From: an uncultured Candidatus Saccharibacteria bacterium
Lineage (GTDB): Bacteria > Patescibacteriota > Minisyncoccia > Phycocordibacterales > UBA918
Length of the DNA: 38,187 nucleotides
Assembly (NCBI GenBank): GCA_964655825.1
Contig: CAZZPW010000003.1
Span: 6,109-44,295, forward strand
Reading direction: 5' to 3'
Shown: in pieces, positions 23,721-32,605 of the stretch
How positions within the stretch are numbered: the stretch's first letter is position 1
How the letters are laid out: the number at the start of each line of letters is the position of its first letter
Notes under the pieces: model-generated
Told to the model about the DNA's origin: nothing
Seen by the model: the letters and a program-made list of their open reading frames with translations, nothing else
Database searches by the model: none
Program-made: the position numbers and the translations under genes

Positions 23721-24536
23721 TTACTGAGCGGTGCCTTCGAGTTGCGCGAGGAGATTATCAACAATTTGCTTAACGGCGCCATAGGGTTGCGCACCGTTAA
23801 TGACACCGGTTTGGTCGCCAACAATCACGATGCTATGAGGCGTACCACGCCCACCGACCGCGACTGCGTTATCGAAGTCTGCTTGCACATCGTCGAGGTA
23901 CTCCTCGTTTTCAACACAATTATTAAAGGCGGTGGCATCAACACCACTGGTGACCGCGAACTCTTCCAGGCGGGTGATGTTGGTGGGCTCATTCGTGCCA
24001 CGCTCATCAAAGACGAGGTCAGAGAAGGTCCAGAAGGCTTCATTGCCCCCCAGGTTACCGACACATTCGGCGGCTAAGGCAATGCGTGGGGCATTAGGGT
24101 GTAGCTGCGCGAGGGGGAAGTGCCGGTATACCCACGATACCTGACCACTCGGACCGTACTCAGCCATAATTTGTTTCATGGTATCGTGGAAGTTCTTACA
24201 AAACGGACAGTCGTAGTCTGAAAACTCAACGATTTGAATGGGAGCATTCGGGTTACCACGTATCCAGTCGTCTTCGGTGACAGGGTTGATATTCTCAGGG
24301 TCGCCCGAGTCTTCTGGCTGGACTTGGTTTTCAGTCGGACCATTATCGACTACGTATTGTGGTTGCCCGCTACCACTAAAAAAGATAGCCGCCGCCACCA
24401 GACCGAAGCCGGCCAAGATTGCTACCGGAATGAGGATACTATTACGGCCAAACGGATTGGTTGCGGTGGCTTCAGGGGTAACGGGGTTCGACGTCGCTTC
24501 CGTCGTCGGGTTAGTTGATTGCTCCATGGGATCCAT
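23721..24536 (-). CDS. Membrane-anchored DsbA-like thiol:disulfide oxidoreductase
   Basis: One TM helix (ILIPVAILAGFGLVAAAIFF) followed by a thioredoxin fold with EFSDYDCPFCKNFH (CxxC). The start is uncertain (24569 GTG, 24536 or 24527 ATG). Confidence 0.8.
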   Translation of the reverse strand: MDPMEQSTNPTTEATSNPVTPEATATNPFGRNSILIPVAILAGFGLVAAAIFFSGSGQPQYVVDNGPTENQVQPEDSGDPENINPVTEDDWIRGNPNAPIQIVEFSDYDCPFCKNFHDTMKQIMAEYGPSGQVSWVYRHFPLAQLHPNAPRIALAAECVGNLGGNEAFWTFSDLVFDERGTNEPTNITRLEEFAVTSGVDATAFNNCVENEEYLDDVQADFDNAVAVGGRGTPHSIVIVGDQTGVINGAQPYGAVKQIVDNLLAQLEGTAQ

Positions 24537-24571
24537 AAGAAATAAGGTAATAAACAATACTAATGCCACTT

Positions 24572-24580
24572 AGTATATCA
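24572..24580 (-). promoter_or_regulatory. Extended -10 element TGATATACT for the DsbA-like gene
   Basis: The reverse complement of 24572-24580 reads TGATATACT. Confidence 0.35.
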
Positions 24581-24592
24581 CGCCCAAAAACC

Positions 24593-24601
24593 TGGTATAC
24601 T
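24593..24601 (+). promoter_or_regulatory. Extended -10 element TGGTATACT, 8 nt upstream of the uppP ATG
   Basis: ccTGGTATACTtggtggcaATG. Confidence 0.45.
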
Positions 24602-24609
24602 TGGTGGCA

Positions 24610-25419
24610 ATGAGTATCGTCGAGTCGATCGCCCTTGGTATCTTGCAGGGAGCTACCGAATTTCTACCCATTTCCTCTACCGGCCACCTCATTCTGGCCC
24701 GGAGTCTATTTGGTATTGACGATACGTACGCTCTCGCCTTTGATGCCGTCTTGCACCTAGCGACTGCGGCAGCAGTGATTCTCTATTTTCATAAAGATAT
24801 CTGGAATTTAGTCCAGGCACTCTTGCGCTCTTTGAGTCGATTACCGGTGAATGAGCGCGATTTACTGCTCCTCAAAGCCATTGCGGTTGGTACGGTGCCG
24901 GCGGTGTTGCTCGGTCTTTCACTAGAGTCTACCATGGAAACACTCTTTCGCTCACCGCTTTTAGTGGCTGGCGTGCTGGTGTTTGGTTCGCTCTTGTTTG
25001 CGTACGCTGAGTGGGTGTACAACCAGCGACCACCGACCAATGAGATGACGATTAAAAAAGGTCTCTATATCGGTCTGTTTCAGGCCTCTGCGCTCATTCC
25101 TGGGATGTCCCGCTCAGGCGCCACCATTGCCGGCGGTATGCTCTTAGGCTTGTCGCGCAGCGAGGCGGCCCGCTTTGCGTTTTTGTTGGCGGTGCCGGTT
25201 ATTCTGGGCGCGGGGAGTAAGAAGCTGCTCGAGCTTATCACGAGTGAGGGTACCGTGTCTTTGGCCCCCGTCGCGATTGGCGCAGCTGCTTCATTTGTGA
25301 CGGGATTAATTGCGATCCATTTTATGCTGTCGTTCGTACGTAAGTACTCCCTCTGGCCCTTTATTTGGTACAGGCTATTACTTGCCGGCTTTGTCGTATT
25401 CATCGTTCTTTACGGCTAA
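24610..25419 (+). CDS. uppP: Undecaprenyl-diphosphate phosphatase (UppP/BacA)
   Basis: GATEFLPISSTGHLIL and IPGMSRSGATIAGG are the two UppP signature motifs. The protein is polytopic. Confidence 0.93.
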   Translation: MSIVESIALGILQGATEFLPISSTGHLILARSLFGIDDTYALAFDAVLHLATAAAVILYFHKDIWNLVQALLRSLSRLPVNERDLLLLKAIAVGTVPAVLLGLSLESTMETLFRSPLLVAGVLVFGSLLFAYAEWVYNQRPPTNEMTIKKGLYIGLFQASALIPGMSRSGATIAGGMLLGLSRSEAARFAFLLAVPVILGAGSKKLLELITSEGTVSLAPVAIGAAASFVTGLIAIHFMLSFVRKYSLWPFIWYRLLLAGFVVFIVLYG

Positions 25420-25521
25420 ATGAGCGAACTGCTTTGTTGCAGTTCAAAAATTGACGCTCACCGTATTCAAAATACGACTCGCATCAATTTTCTCCTGCGC
25501 CGCGCATTTCATCTCATTTAG
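25420..25521 (+). other. Copy C of the post-stop module: a 33-codon ORF starting on the nucleotide after the uppP TAA (candidate small ORF or structured element)
   Basis: The junction reads TAAATGAGC. The encoded peptide is MSELLCCSSKIDAHRIQNTTRINFLLRRAFHLI. It is a homologue of 18443-18541 and shares a 16-nt exact match with 5569-5584. Confidence 0.35.
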
Positions 25522-25640
25522 CCATAAAGAGAAAAGTTGGACATAGTTTAAACCTACTGGATGTCGAAACCCCTAACATTTCAGGGTTGCTAGTTGTTTT
25601 CGTCGCTCCGCTAACCAAATCTATTTTACGGGAATCCATA

Positions 25641-25664
25641 AAGAAAAGGACCCCGCAGGGTCCT
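25641..25664 (-). terminator. Rho-independent terminator after the coiled-coil gene
   Basis: On the minus strand AGGACCC-tgcg-GGGTCCT is followed by TTTTCTTTAT. Confidence 0.7.
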
Positions 25665-25681
25665 CGTAGTTCCAGTTTATT

Positions 25682-25975
25682 TTATTCTGTATCAGAGACG
25701 GTCTTCACCGTCATCCTGAAAGTCATATTACCCTTCAATAACTCATCGATACTTTCATTTAATGAATCAACTGCCGCTAGGGCAACACGTTCACCGATTT
25801 CAAGACGTATGATGGTCCTCAGTGCTTCTTGGAGGTCATTCTCGAGAGAACGAATCTTTTCGTTCATCTTCTCGCACATCTCGCCTGCTTTCAGCAGTTG
25901 CGACTTATGGGCAGCGATGTCATCATCGCGCTGTTTGAGTTGCTCTTCTAACTGAGCAATTGTCTTCCGTGCCAT
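25682..25975 (-). CDS. Hypothetical coiled-coil protein (97 aa)
   Basis: ATG 25975 has AGGAGG (25985-25990) 9 nt upstream. The sequence is heptad-like (IAQLEEQLKQRDDDIAAHKSQLLKAGEMCEKMNEKIRSLENDLQEAL). Confidence 0.55.
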   Translation of the reverse strand: MARKTIAQLEEQLKQRDDDIAAHKSQLLKAGEMCEKMNEKIRSLENDLQEALRTIIRLEIGERVALAAVDSLNESIDELLKGNMTFRMTVKTVSDTE

Positions 25976-26024
25976 TGACTGAGTCCTCCTGATTGGTGTC
26001 TGAGGGTACTCTAGCAAATATTGC

Positions 26025-26600
26025 TTAAAACGGAAGCGAGTGGGTCATCGAGACCTCTTCTTTTTCGGTCCAGGCGCTGGTGTCGAGAGGGATTTCGCGT
26101 TTGCGGTAGCCGTCTTTAAATAAGACGTGGCCGTGCTCGAGGGCATAGTCGAACACCTTTTTGGTCACTTTTACATCTTGCTCGCAGTACTTTTTGATTT
26201 TATCGACTTCACCCTCACGCCACCAGCGGACGGCCTGTAGGCCGTCCGCACTCTTCTTCGCTCCTACGGTCGCACTCGCTACGCTGTCGAGCCGCAAGCG
26301 ACGACCGAGCGACGCTTTAATATCCTCAAGCATATCGATACTCTTAATGGTCGTGAGATCGCCAGGGTAGTACTTATTGAGCAAGGGAACGTCGAAGTGG
26401 TTACTGTTGTAGCCCACCAGCGCGTCAGCTTGCTCGATAATGGGCCAGAGCGCATTAAGGTCGTCGATGGTGACGGTGGTGTAAATATCGGTACCGTAGT
26501 CGTAGACGGTCGCCACCGAAATATCCAAGCTTGTCGGGTCACTCGAGCCAGTATCTTGAAAGATATTCTGCGTTTCTAGATCAAAAACAACGTAGCGCAT
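26025..26600 (-). CDS. DEDD-type 3'-5' exonuclease (RNase H-like fold, DnaQ/YprB-like)
   Basis: ExoI VVFDLET, ExoII GYNSNHFDVPLL and ExoIII YCEQDVKVT. Confidence 0.65.
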   Translation of the reverse strand: MRYVVFDLETQNIFQDTGSSDPTSLDISVATVYDYGTDIYTTVTIDDLNALWPIIEQADALVGYNSNHFDVPLLNKYYPGDLTTIKSIDMLEDIKASLGRRLRLDSVASATVGAKKSADGLQAVRWWREGEVDKIKKYCEQDVKVTKKVFDYALEHGHVLFKDGYRKREIPLDTSAWTEKEEVSMTHSLPF

Positions 26601-26611
26601 CAGTATAGAGA

Positions 26612-27868
26612 TTAGTCGTGGCCTACCAAGAAGGCCACTAAGTCTTCTAGTGTACCAGTTGTCGTACCGTGGTCGACGAGGTTTTTCAGTGTGTACTCGT
26701 TTCGAGCGATTTCGTCCTTACCGACAACAACCGCATATGTAGAGAGCGTATCAGCGGCGACACTAAGTTTTTTACCAACTTTGCGCGAGCTGCTATCGAC
26801 TGCCACGCTGACACCGCTCGTTCGAAGCACCTGCGCTATCTGTTGCGCACTGAGGTTATGCTCGGTACCCATGGGGGCAACGATAACGGTTGGGCTAGTA
26901 ATTGGTTGGGGGAGCAGGTCGTGGGTTTCCAAGAAGTCGCGCAGTGAGACATCGCCAAATCCAAACCCAACACCCGGCACAGGTTCGCCACCAAACAGTG
27001 TCGTGAGGTTGTCGTAGCGTCCACCACCAAGGAGTGAACGCTTGTTCTCTGGAGCAGTGTCCTTAAACTCAAAAATAGTACCGGTGTAGTAATCGAAGCC
27101 ACGGGCTAAACTTTTATCGAACACCACGTTGGTAATCCCCAGCTCCGCCAACCCAACGACGACGTCGGTCTGGTCGTCGCTTTTATCTAATAGCATGACT
27201 ACCTCTTCAGAAATAGTCTCATCACCCGTAATACCGTCGAGCTCGAGCCGGTAGGCGTCGACTGCCATTTTATCGCGCCGGTCGTTGAGTCGGGTGAGGG
27301 CAGCTATTTGCTCGTCTGTTAACCCGAGCGACGTGTAGAGCTGGTGCATGAGCTGGCGGTCGTTAACGTGGATGGTGAACATCTCATCGCTGGCACCGAA
27401 GTTCATGAAAATCTGGTAGGCTAACGCGATTATCTCCACATCGGTGGCGATATCTTCGGTACCAAAAATATCGCAGTTGAGTTGCCAGTGCTCGCGGAGG
27501 CGCCCACGCTGAGCGCGTTCATAGCGAAAAAGGTTAGGGATGCTGTACCACCGGACCGGCCAGGCAAGCTCCTTCGCCCGTCCGGCAATCATGCGTGCCA
27601 CGGTAGGGGTCATTTCTGGTCGCAGCGTCACCTCCCGGTCGCCTCGGTCGGTAAAGGTGTACGTTTGCTCGGTAACCATCTCCTCGTTTTCGGCGCCTTT
27701 GGCACGGTAGAGTTCGGCTGGCTCTAAGACCGACGCATCGTATCGCTGAAACCCAAAGCTTTCAGCTGTCCGGGCCCAGATATCGAACAGATACTGCTGC
27801 ACCGCCATGTCTTCGGGGTAGAAGTCGCGGACGCCTTTATAGGATTGCGTTGATAGATTCTTATTCAT
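26612..27868 (-). CDS. hisS: Histidine--tRNA ligase
   Basis: KGVRDFYPED, motif 2 LFRYERAQRGRLREHWQ, and GGGRYDNL, plus a C-terminal anticodon-binding domain. ATG 27868 gives MNKNLSTQSYKG. Confidence 0.92.
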   Translation of the reverse strand: MNKNLSTQSYKGVRDFYPEDMAVQQYLFDIWARTAESFGFQRYDASVLEPAELYRAKGAENEEMVTEQTYTFTDRGDREVTLRPEMTPTVARMIAGRAKELAWPVRWYSIPNLFRYERAQRGRLREHWQLNCDIFGTEDIATDVEIIALAYQIFMNFGASDEMFTIHVNDRQLMHQLYTSLGLTDEQIAALTRLNDRRDKMAVDAYRLELDGITGDETISEEVVMLLDKSDDQTDVVVGLAELGITNVVFDKSLARGFDYYTGTIFEFKDTAPENKRSLLGGGRYDNLTTLFGGEPVPGVGFGFGDVSLRDFLETHDLLPQPITSPTVIVAPMGTEHNLSAQQIAQVLRTSGVSVAVDSSSRKVGKKLSVAADTLSTYAVVVGKDEIARNEYTLKNLVDHGTTTGTLEDLVAFLVGHD

Positions 27869-27918
27869 AAGTATGCAAGGTAGCATAGCGCCGATACCGT
27901 TCGCCCGCAAGCAACGAG

Positions 27919-28497
27919 CTAGCTGGTGCCGTCGCTATTGAGTGGGTTTTGGGTGCCGAGCGCCCGCTGCCGTTCATCGGCCGCGCGAATAATGAGCGCT
28001 TTAAGACCACGGGGGTCCGGCATATTGTTGGTGGCAAACTCTTCGTTACTGCCGCCAGCAGTTTGCGCTTCGATGCGGCCAAAGTTGAGTAGGGTGGGGA
28101 TGATACCTTTGACAGAAATATTCATATCTTGCAAGCGCTCCAACCGGAATGAGCTTAAAAAGCGGTGAAAGAAACCACTCTGTTCAATCGCAACAATGCG
28201 TCGATTGGTGATGGCCCAGAGATCGAGGTAGTGGTCGGTCCAAAAATTAGCGATGGCAATCCAGTGAAAGAGCACCCAGCCGAGGTATATAAACCACAAT
28301 TCAATTTGGTACGTAGTAGTTACTGTTGTGGTGTCGAAATAGTCGCTGAGCAATCCCTGTGCGGTGCCAAACAATATTAGAGGCATGAGCATTGAGACGA
28401 CCGCACTCAATACCCGGGTTGTAATAATCCACCAGTGTTTGCGGACAACTTGCAGTATCTCTTCGTCTGATTCGAGTTTTATGCGTTCGTACAACAT
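27919..28497 (-). CDS. Membrane-flanked bacterial PH domain protein (bPH_2 / YdbS-YdbT-like)
   Basis: EEILQVVRKHWW is followed by two TM helices and then a PH-like segment (LDLWAITNRRIVAIEQSGFFHRFLSSFRLERLQDMN). Confidence 0.65.
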   Translation of the reverse strand: MLYERIKLESDEEILQVVRKHWWIITTRVLSAVVSMLMPLILFGTAQGLLSDYFDTTTVTTTYQIELWFIYLGWVLFHWIAIANFWTDHYLDLWAITNRRIVAIEQSGFFHRFLSSFRLERLQDMNISVKGIIPTLLNFGRIEAQTAGGSNEEFATNNMPDPRGLKALIIRAADERQRALGTQNPLNSDGTS

Positions 28498-28499
28498 AT

Positions 28500-28733
28500 T
28501 TACAGAGCAAAGAGTAAGAGGCCCATGGTGCCTAGTAGCAATAATCCACCAACGCCATAGATGGTAATAGAAAGATTGGATATTTTTCGCTCACTGCCAA
28601 AGGTGTGCCAGTGGTAGCTGGCGACGAGCCAGTGGCCCACAAAAACGAGGCACAGAAAAATATACAGCACTAAGAATACTGTGCTGGTGGTCGCTTCAGT
28701 GAAAAAGGGGAGGGCAAGACTGCTGGTCGGCAT
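28500..28733 (-). CDS. Small hypothetical membrane protein (77 aa, 2 predicted TM helices)
   Basis: Two hydrophobic spans (VFLVLYIFLCLVFVGHWLV and IYGVGGLLLLGTMGLLLFAL). It is tightly packed between prmC and the bPH gene. Confidence 0.5.
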   Translation of the reverse strand: MPTSSLALPFFTEATTSTVFLVLYIFLCLVFVGHWLVASYHWHTFGSERKISNLSITIYGVGGLLLLGTMGLLLFAL

Positions 28734-28742
28734 AGTACCGCT

Positions 28743-29495
28743 TTATTGTAGCACTAGCTGGCTAAAACGCTCCACCTGGTATTGATCTTGGCTGGTCGTT
28801 ACTATAAACCCAGCTGCAGCAGCCAGTGCCGCAAGTGTCTTCGATTGCTCTGGCTCATGCTCAAGCCAGAGCTCGCCGTGAGGCGTGAGGTACGCTGATG
28901 CCTCACGAATGATACGCGCGATACACTCCAAACCAGCCTGGCCACCATAGAGCGCCAGGTCTGGCTCGTAATCTCGAACAGAAGCCTCGGTCCGGTCGAG
29001 CGCTGGGTCGATGTAGGGTGGGTTCGAAAGTATATAGTCGTACTTCGTATCAGCCGGTATCTCAGCAAATACATCACCCCCGAAGATATATCTGGTAGCA
29101 GGTAAATCTTCCACTGAGCAGTTTTCGCGAACACTTTTTTCGATAGTTGTGTGGTGGGCGGGGTCGAGCTCGACAAAGTCTACCTGAGCGTGAGGGAGGG
29201 CTTTGGCTACCGCAACGCCAATACAGCCGCTACCGGCACACAGGTCGAGGATTCGGGGTGCTTCTAGCTGGCGGTGCTCAATCCGCATAATTGCCTGTTC
29301 TACCCAGAACTCGGTCTCAGGGCGGGGGATTAATGGGTGCGAGTCGAGCCAAATTTTACAATCTAAAAACGGCACCCAGCCAATCACATACGCGAGGGGC
29401 TCACCAGCTTCAAGCCGCGCACAGTCGGCCAGCCAAGCTTCGCTTTTCTGGCCGTGGTATTTTTCGTTCAGAAGTCGTTCGCTCTCATGCATCAT
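28743..29495 (-). CDS. prmC: Release-factor glutamine N5-methyltransferase (PrmC/HemK)
   Basis: LIPRPETEFWV, the SAM site ILDLCAGSGCIG, the catalytic ILSNPPYI, and YEPDLALYGGQAGLE. Confidence 0.88.
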   Translation of the reverse strand: MMHESERLLNEKYHGQKSEAWLADCARLEAGEPLAYVIGWVPFLDCKIWLDSHPLIPRPETEFWVEQAIMRIEHRQLEAPRILDLCAGSGCIGVAVAKALPHAQVDFVELDPAHHTTIEKSVRENCSVEDLPATRYIFGGDVFAEIPADTKYDYILSNPPYIDPALDRTEASVRDYEPDLALYGGQAGLECIARIIREASAYLTPHGELWLEHEPEQSKTLAALAAAAGFIVTTSQDQYQVERFSQLVLQ

Positions 29496-29517
29496 CTTGA
29501 TATGCTATGCTGGCGTG

Positions 29518-30279
29518 ATGCAAAGTGCAACTCCCATGCTCGAAATTAAAAATTTGACCAAAGTGTATGGGTCGGGCAAAGAGGCGAAAGTCGCTGTCGA
29601 CAATATCTCGCTGACGATTCCAAAAGGCTCGTTTTATGGCCTCCTTGGTCCAAATGGCGCCGGGAAGAGTACGACCATTCACTGCATTACCGGTATCGCC
29701 CAGCCGACCAGCGGGCAGATTTTGGTGGATGGGGTAGATGTCGTGCGCGAGTATAAACGTGCGCGCACACTAGTCGGTCTGTCACCGCAAGAGTTTAACG
29801 TCGATATTTTTGCCACCCCCACGCAACTGATGGACTACATGGGTGGGTACTATGGCATTCCCAGCGATGAGCGTAAGGTCCGCATTGACCAACTGATTTC
29901 TCGCTTCGACCTAGAGGAGCATCGTGACATTAAGTTTCAGAAACTTTCTGGCGGCCTCAAGCGTCGAGCGATGCTCGGCCGGGCGCTGGTGCACACACCA
30001 GATTTGCTCATTCTCGATGAGCCAACCGCGGGTGTCGATGTCGAACAACGGCACGATTTATGGAACTACCTGCAAGAAATGAATCAGCGGGGGAAGACCA
30101 TTATTCTCACCAGTCACTACCTGGAAGAAATTCAGCACCTCTGTAACGATATCGCTATCATCAACCACGGGCGGATTGTGGCGGAGGGCACTAAGGCCGA
30201 TTTTATGAAAGACGGCAAGTCGGTAGAAGAGACCTATTTGGCGATCACCCGCGAGGACGATAAAAGTACTGCTGTATGA
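29518..30279 (+). CDS. ABC transporter ATP-binding protein
   Basis: Walker A GPNGAGKST, signature LSGGLKRR, Walker B LLILDEPTAGVD, H-loop TSHYLEE. The start may be 29518 or 29536; the upstream in-frame extension is antisense to prmC. Confidence 0.88.
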   Translation: MQSATPMLEIKNLTKVYGSGKEAKVAVDNISLTIPKGSFYGLLGPNGAGKSTTIHCITGIAQPTSGQILVDGVDVVREYKRARTLVGLSPQEFNVDIFATPTQLMDYMGGYYGIPSDERKVRIDQLISRFDLEEHRDIKFQKLSGGLKRRAMLGRALVHTPDLLILDEPTAGVDVEQRHDLWNYLQEMNQRGKTIILTSHYLEEIQHLCNDIAIINHGRIVAEGTKADFMKDGKSVEETYLAITREDDKSTAV

Positions 30280-31043
30280 ACATAAATTGGACTGGTCTCT
30301 ATACGATGTTTCGACGCGAGGTGCAGCGCACCTTCCGGGTCGTGATTCAAACCTTGGTCGCCCCAGTGATTTCTGCGGCTCTCTACATCTTTATCTTTGG
30401 CTACGTTATCGGTACGCGGATTGAAGATGTGGCGGGAGTACCGTTTATCTCATTCGTGTTTCCGGGTGTGTTGATGCTGTCGATTATTAACGCGTCATTC
30501 TCGAGTGCCTCATCCAACCTTTATTTTATGCGCTTTACGAAGGGGATCGAGGAGATTCTCATCACGCCATTTAGTTATTTAGAGATGCTGGTCGGTTTTG
30601 TGGTGAGTTCGATGGCGCGCGCCTTGATGGTTTCGGTTTTAATCTTGGGCGTCGGTATGCTGTTCGGCGCAGTGCAGTTGGTTAATCCGATTGGCTTCTT
30701 TCTCTACATTGCGGCAATCGCCTCCATTTTTGCCATGTTAGGCATTATTGTGGCCCTCTGGGCGGAAGGGTTTGAGCAGTTGCAGGTTTTAAATACGTTC
30801 GTTATTACGCCACTGACCTACCTCGGTGGTATCTTCTACTCGATTACCTTTCTCCCTGAGATTGCGGCAACGATAACTCGCTTTAATCCGTTCTTTTATT
30901 TTGCCGACGGGGTACGCAGTAGCATGATTGGCTACAGTGAAGCGAATACGATGGTTGGCCTGATGGTGATTACGGGACTCGTCCTCGGACTCGGTACACT
31001 CGTAACCCAGTTATTTCGCCGCGGGTGGAAAATCAGGAGCTAA
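30276..31043 (+). CDS. ABC-2 type transporter permease
   Basis: 255 aa with about 6 TM helices. Its start overlaps the ATPase stop (ATGA). Confidence 0.8.
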   Translation: MNINWTGLYTMFRREVQRTFRVVIQTLVAPVISAALYIFIFGYVIGTRIEDVAGVPFISFVFPGVLMLSIINASFSSASSNLYFMRFTKGIEEILITPFSYLEMLVGFVVSSMARALMVSVLILGVGMLFGAVQLVNPIGFFLYIAAIASIFAMLGIIVALWAEGFEQLQVLNTFVITPLTYLGGIFYSITFLPEIAATITRFNPFFYFADGVRSSMIGYSEANTMVGLMVITGLVLGLGTLVTQLFRRGWKIRS

Positions 31044-31076
31044 CCCACATCCATCCCGTGACCATCGCATAATGAT

Positions 31077-31085
31077 TGTTATACT
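31077..31085 (+). promoter_or_regulatory. Extended -10 element TGTTATACT, 8 nt upstream of the aldolase ATG
   Basis: gatTGTTATACTcaagggatATG. Confidence 0.4.
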
Positions 31086-31093
31086 CAAGGGAT

Positions 31094-32119
31094 ATGGATC
31101 ATTCAAAGCTGTACGAGACTGCTGCCACGCTACTCACTAAACATAAGGGAATTTTAGCCGCCGACCAAAGTTCCGGTACGATGGGTCGCCAGCTGCAAGG
31201 TATTGGTGTCGAAGACAGTGCTGAAAACCGTCGTGCTTACCGCCAAGTATTATTTACGACTCCAGGCGTTGAAGAGTTTGTCTCGGGCATTATCCTCTAC
31301 GATGCAACCATCCGCAATCACACCGACGACGGCACGCCGTTTGTCGATTATCTAACGGCCAAAGGGATTGTGCCTATCATCAAGGTTGATGCGTCGACTG
31401 TTGAGCACGACGGCTTTCCCGGCGAAGTGGTGACCCAAGGGCTTGATCACCTCGGTGACCGACTCGCTGAGTACTACCAAATGGGTGCTCGGGCGGCCAA
31501 GTGGCGTGCGGTCTTTAATATTGGCCCAGATTATCCAACCGAGCAAAATATTCTCTTCGATTGTATTCAGCTCGTGCGGTACGCGCAGCTGTGTCATACG
31601 CACGGTATTGTCCCAATTGTGGAGCCAGAGGTTATTTTTAAGGGCAACCACTCGATTGAACGAGCTGAGGAAGTGACGACGATGGTGTTGAGTAAACTTT
31701 TTGATCTGCTCACCTGGTACGGGGTTGATCTTAAAGCAGTGATTCTTAAGTCGAGTTTTGTTCTTGCGGGTAGCGATTTCGAACAGCAATCAACCGCCGA
31801 AGCAGTTGGCGCCGCAACGGTTCGCACATTTGAAAATAGCGTTCCGCATGATGTACCCGGTATCGTCTTCCTTTCGGGCGGTCAAACCCCCGAACGAGCC
31901 ACCGCCAACCTAAATGCGGTAGCAGCAATTGAGACTGAACGTGGCGGTTTGCCGTGGGAGTTTGCTTTCTCCTTCTCGCGTGGCTTGGAGCAGCCGGTGC
32001 AGGAGGTTTGGAAGGGAGAGGCTGCGAATGTGCCGGCGGCGCAAGCAGCCTTACTACACCGCTTACGGATGAATGTGGCGGCCGATGCGGGGGAGTACGA
32101 GGTAAGTAAAGAAAGCTAA
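31094..32119 (+). CDS. fba: Fructose-bisphosphate aldolase, class I
   Basis: GILAADQSSGTMGRQL (ILAADES.GT motif) and VILKSSFVLAG (Schiff-base Lys region). Confidence 0.85.
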   Translation: MDHSKLYETAATLLTKHKGILAADQSSGTMGRQLQGIGVEDSAENRRAYRQVLFTTPGVEEFVSGIILYDATIRNHTDDGTPFVDYLTAKGIVPIIKVDASTVEHDGFPGEVVTQGLDHLGDRLAEYYQMGARAAKWRAVFNIGPDYPTEQNILFDCIQLVRYAQLCHTHGIVPIVEPEVIFKGNHSIERAEEVTTMVLSKLFDLLTWYGVDLKAVILKSSFVLAGSDFEQQSTAEAVGAATVRTFENSVPHDVPGIVFLSGGQTPERATANLNAVAAIETERGGLPWEFAFSFSRGLEQPVQEVWKGEAANVPAAQAALLHRLRMNVAADAGEYEVSKES

Positions 32120-32136
32120 CAATACTATTTGTACAT

Positions 32137-32168
32137 AAGAAAATCGCCTATAGTTAGGCGATTTTCTT
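32137..32168. terminator. Bidirectional terminator between fba and rpmG
   Basis: AAGAAAATCGCCT (32137-32149) pairs with AGGCGATTTTCTT (32156-32168). Confidence 0.7.
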
Positions 32169-32286
32169 AGCATTATGCATTCCAGAGATTTGCACCTAAC
32201 GTTGGGATAGTTCTAGCAGTTTCGCCTAGGTATGAGCGAAATTGAGAACAAAATTCAGAGTAGTCGCTCGTGCTCCTTTCTTCATT

Positions 32287-32466
32287 TTATTTCTTTTGCT
32301 TGTAGACCGTGTGCGTTTTTGCCACTGGATTGAATTTTCGCTCCTCGTGCTTTTTGCTCGGGTCTTTCTTGTTTTTGTTGTTGTAACTGGTGTAGTAGAC
32401 GTGACCTTTTCCAACGCCGTTTTCGTCGCCTTGGGACACCATTTTGATGAGTCGATCTTGTGACAT
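32287..32466 (-). CDS. rpmG: 50S ribosomal protein L33
   Basis: MSQDRLIKMVSQGDENGVGKGHVYYTSYNNKNKKDPSKKHEERKFNPVAKTHTVYKQKK aligns with E. coli L33 ([43 protein letters not shown]). Confidence 0.85.
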   Translation of the reverse strand: MSQDRLIKMVSQGDENGVGKGHVYYTSYNNKNKKDPSKKHEERKFNPVAKTHTVYKQKK

Positions 32467-32476
32467 AGTGCCCGTG

Positions 32477-32505
32477 AGCATACCAGAATGCTCTTGCTTG
32501 GTCAA
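32477..32505 (-). promoter_or_regulatory. Promoter TTGACC-17-TATGCT with a TG extension, 10 nt upstream of the rpmG ATG
   Basis: On the minus strand the sequence reads TTGACCaagcaagagcattcTGgTATGCTcacgggcactATG. Confidence 0.5.
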
Positions 32506-32550
32506 CTCCAATCTTAGACACAGTCAGCCGTCCAGCCGAAAATTATACCG

Positions 32551-32559
32551 TGGTATTAT
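32551..32559 (+). promoter_or_regulatory. Extended -10 element TGGTATTAT upstream of the glycosyltransferase gene
   Basis: ccgTGGTATTATagggg, about 46 nt before ATG 32606. Confidence 0.35.
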
Positions 32560-32605
32560 AGGGGTGTTTCTTACTCACTATGCCTAGCTCACCTCTACAT
32601 TGCGT

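Noticed and set aside
29203-29517. 358-aa version of the ABC ATPase ORF
   Set aside because: The first ~105 codons are antisense to the well-supported prmC gene and carry no ABC features. The conserved domain begins near MLEIKNL.
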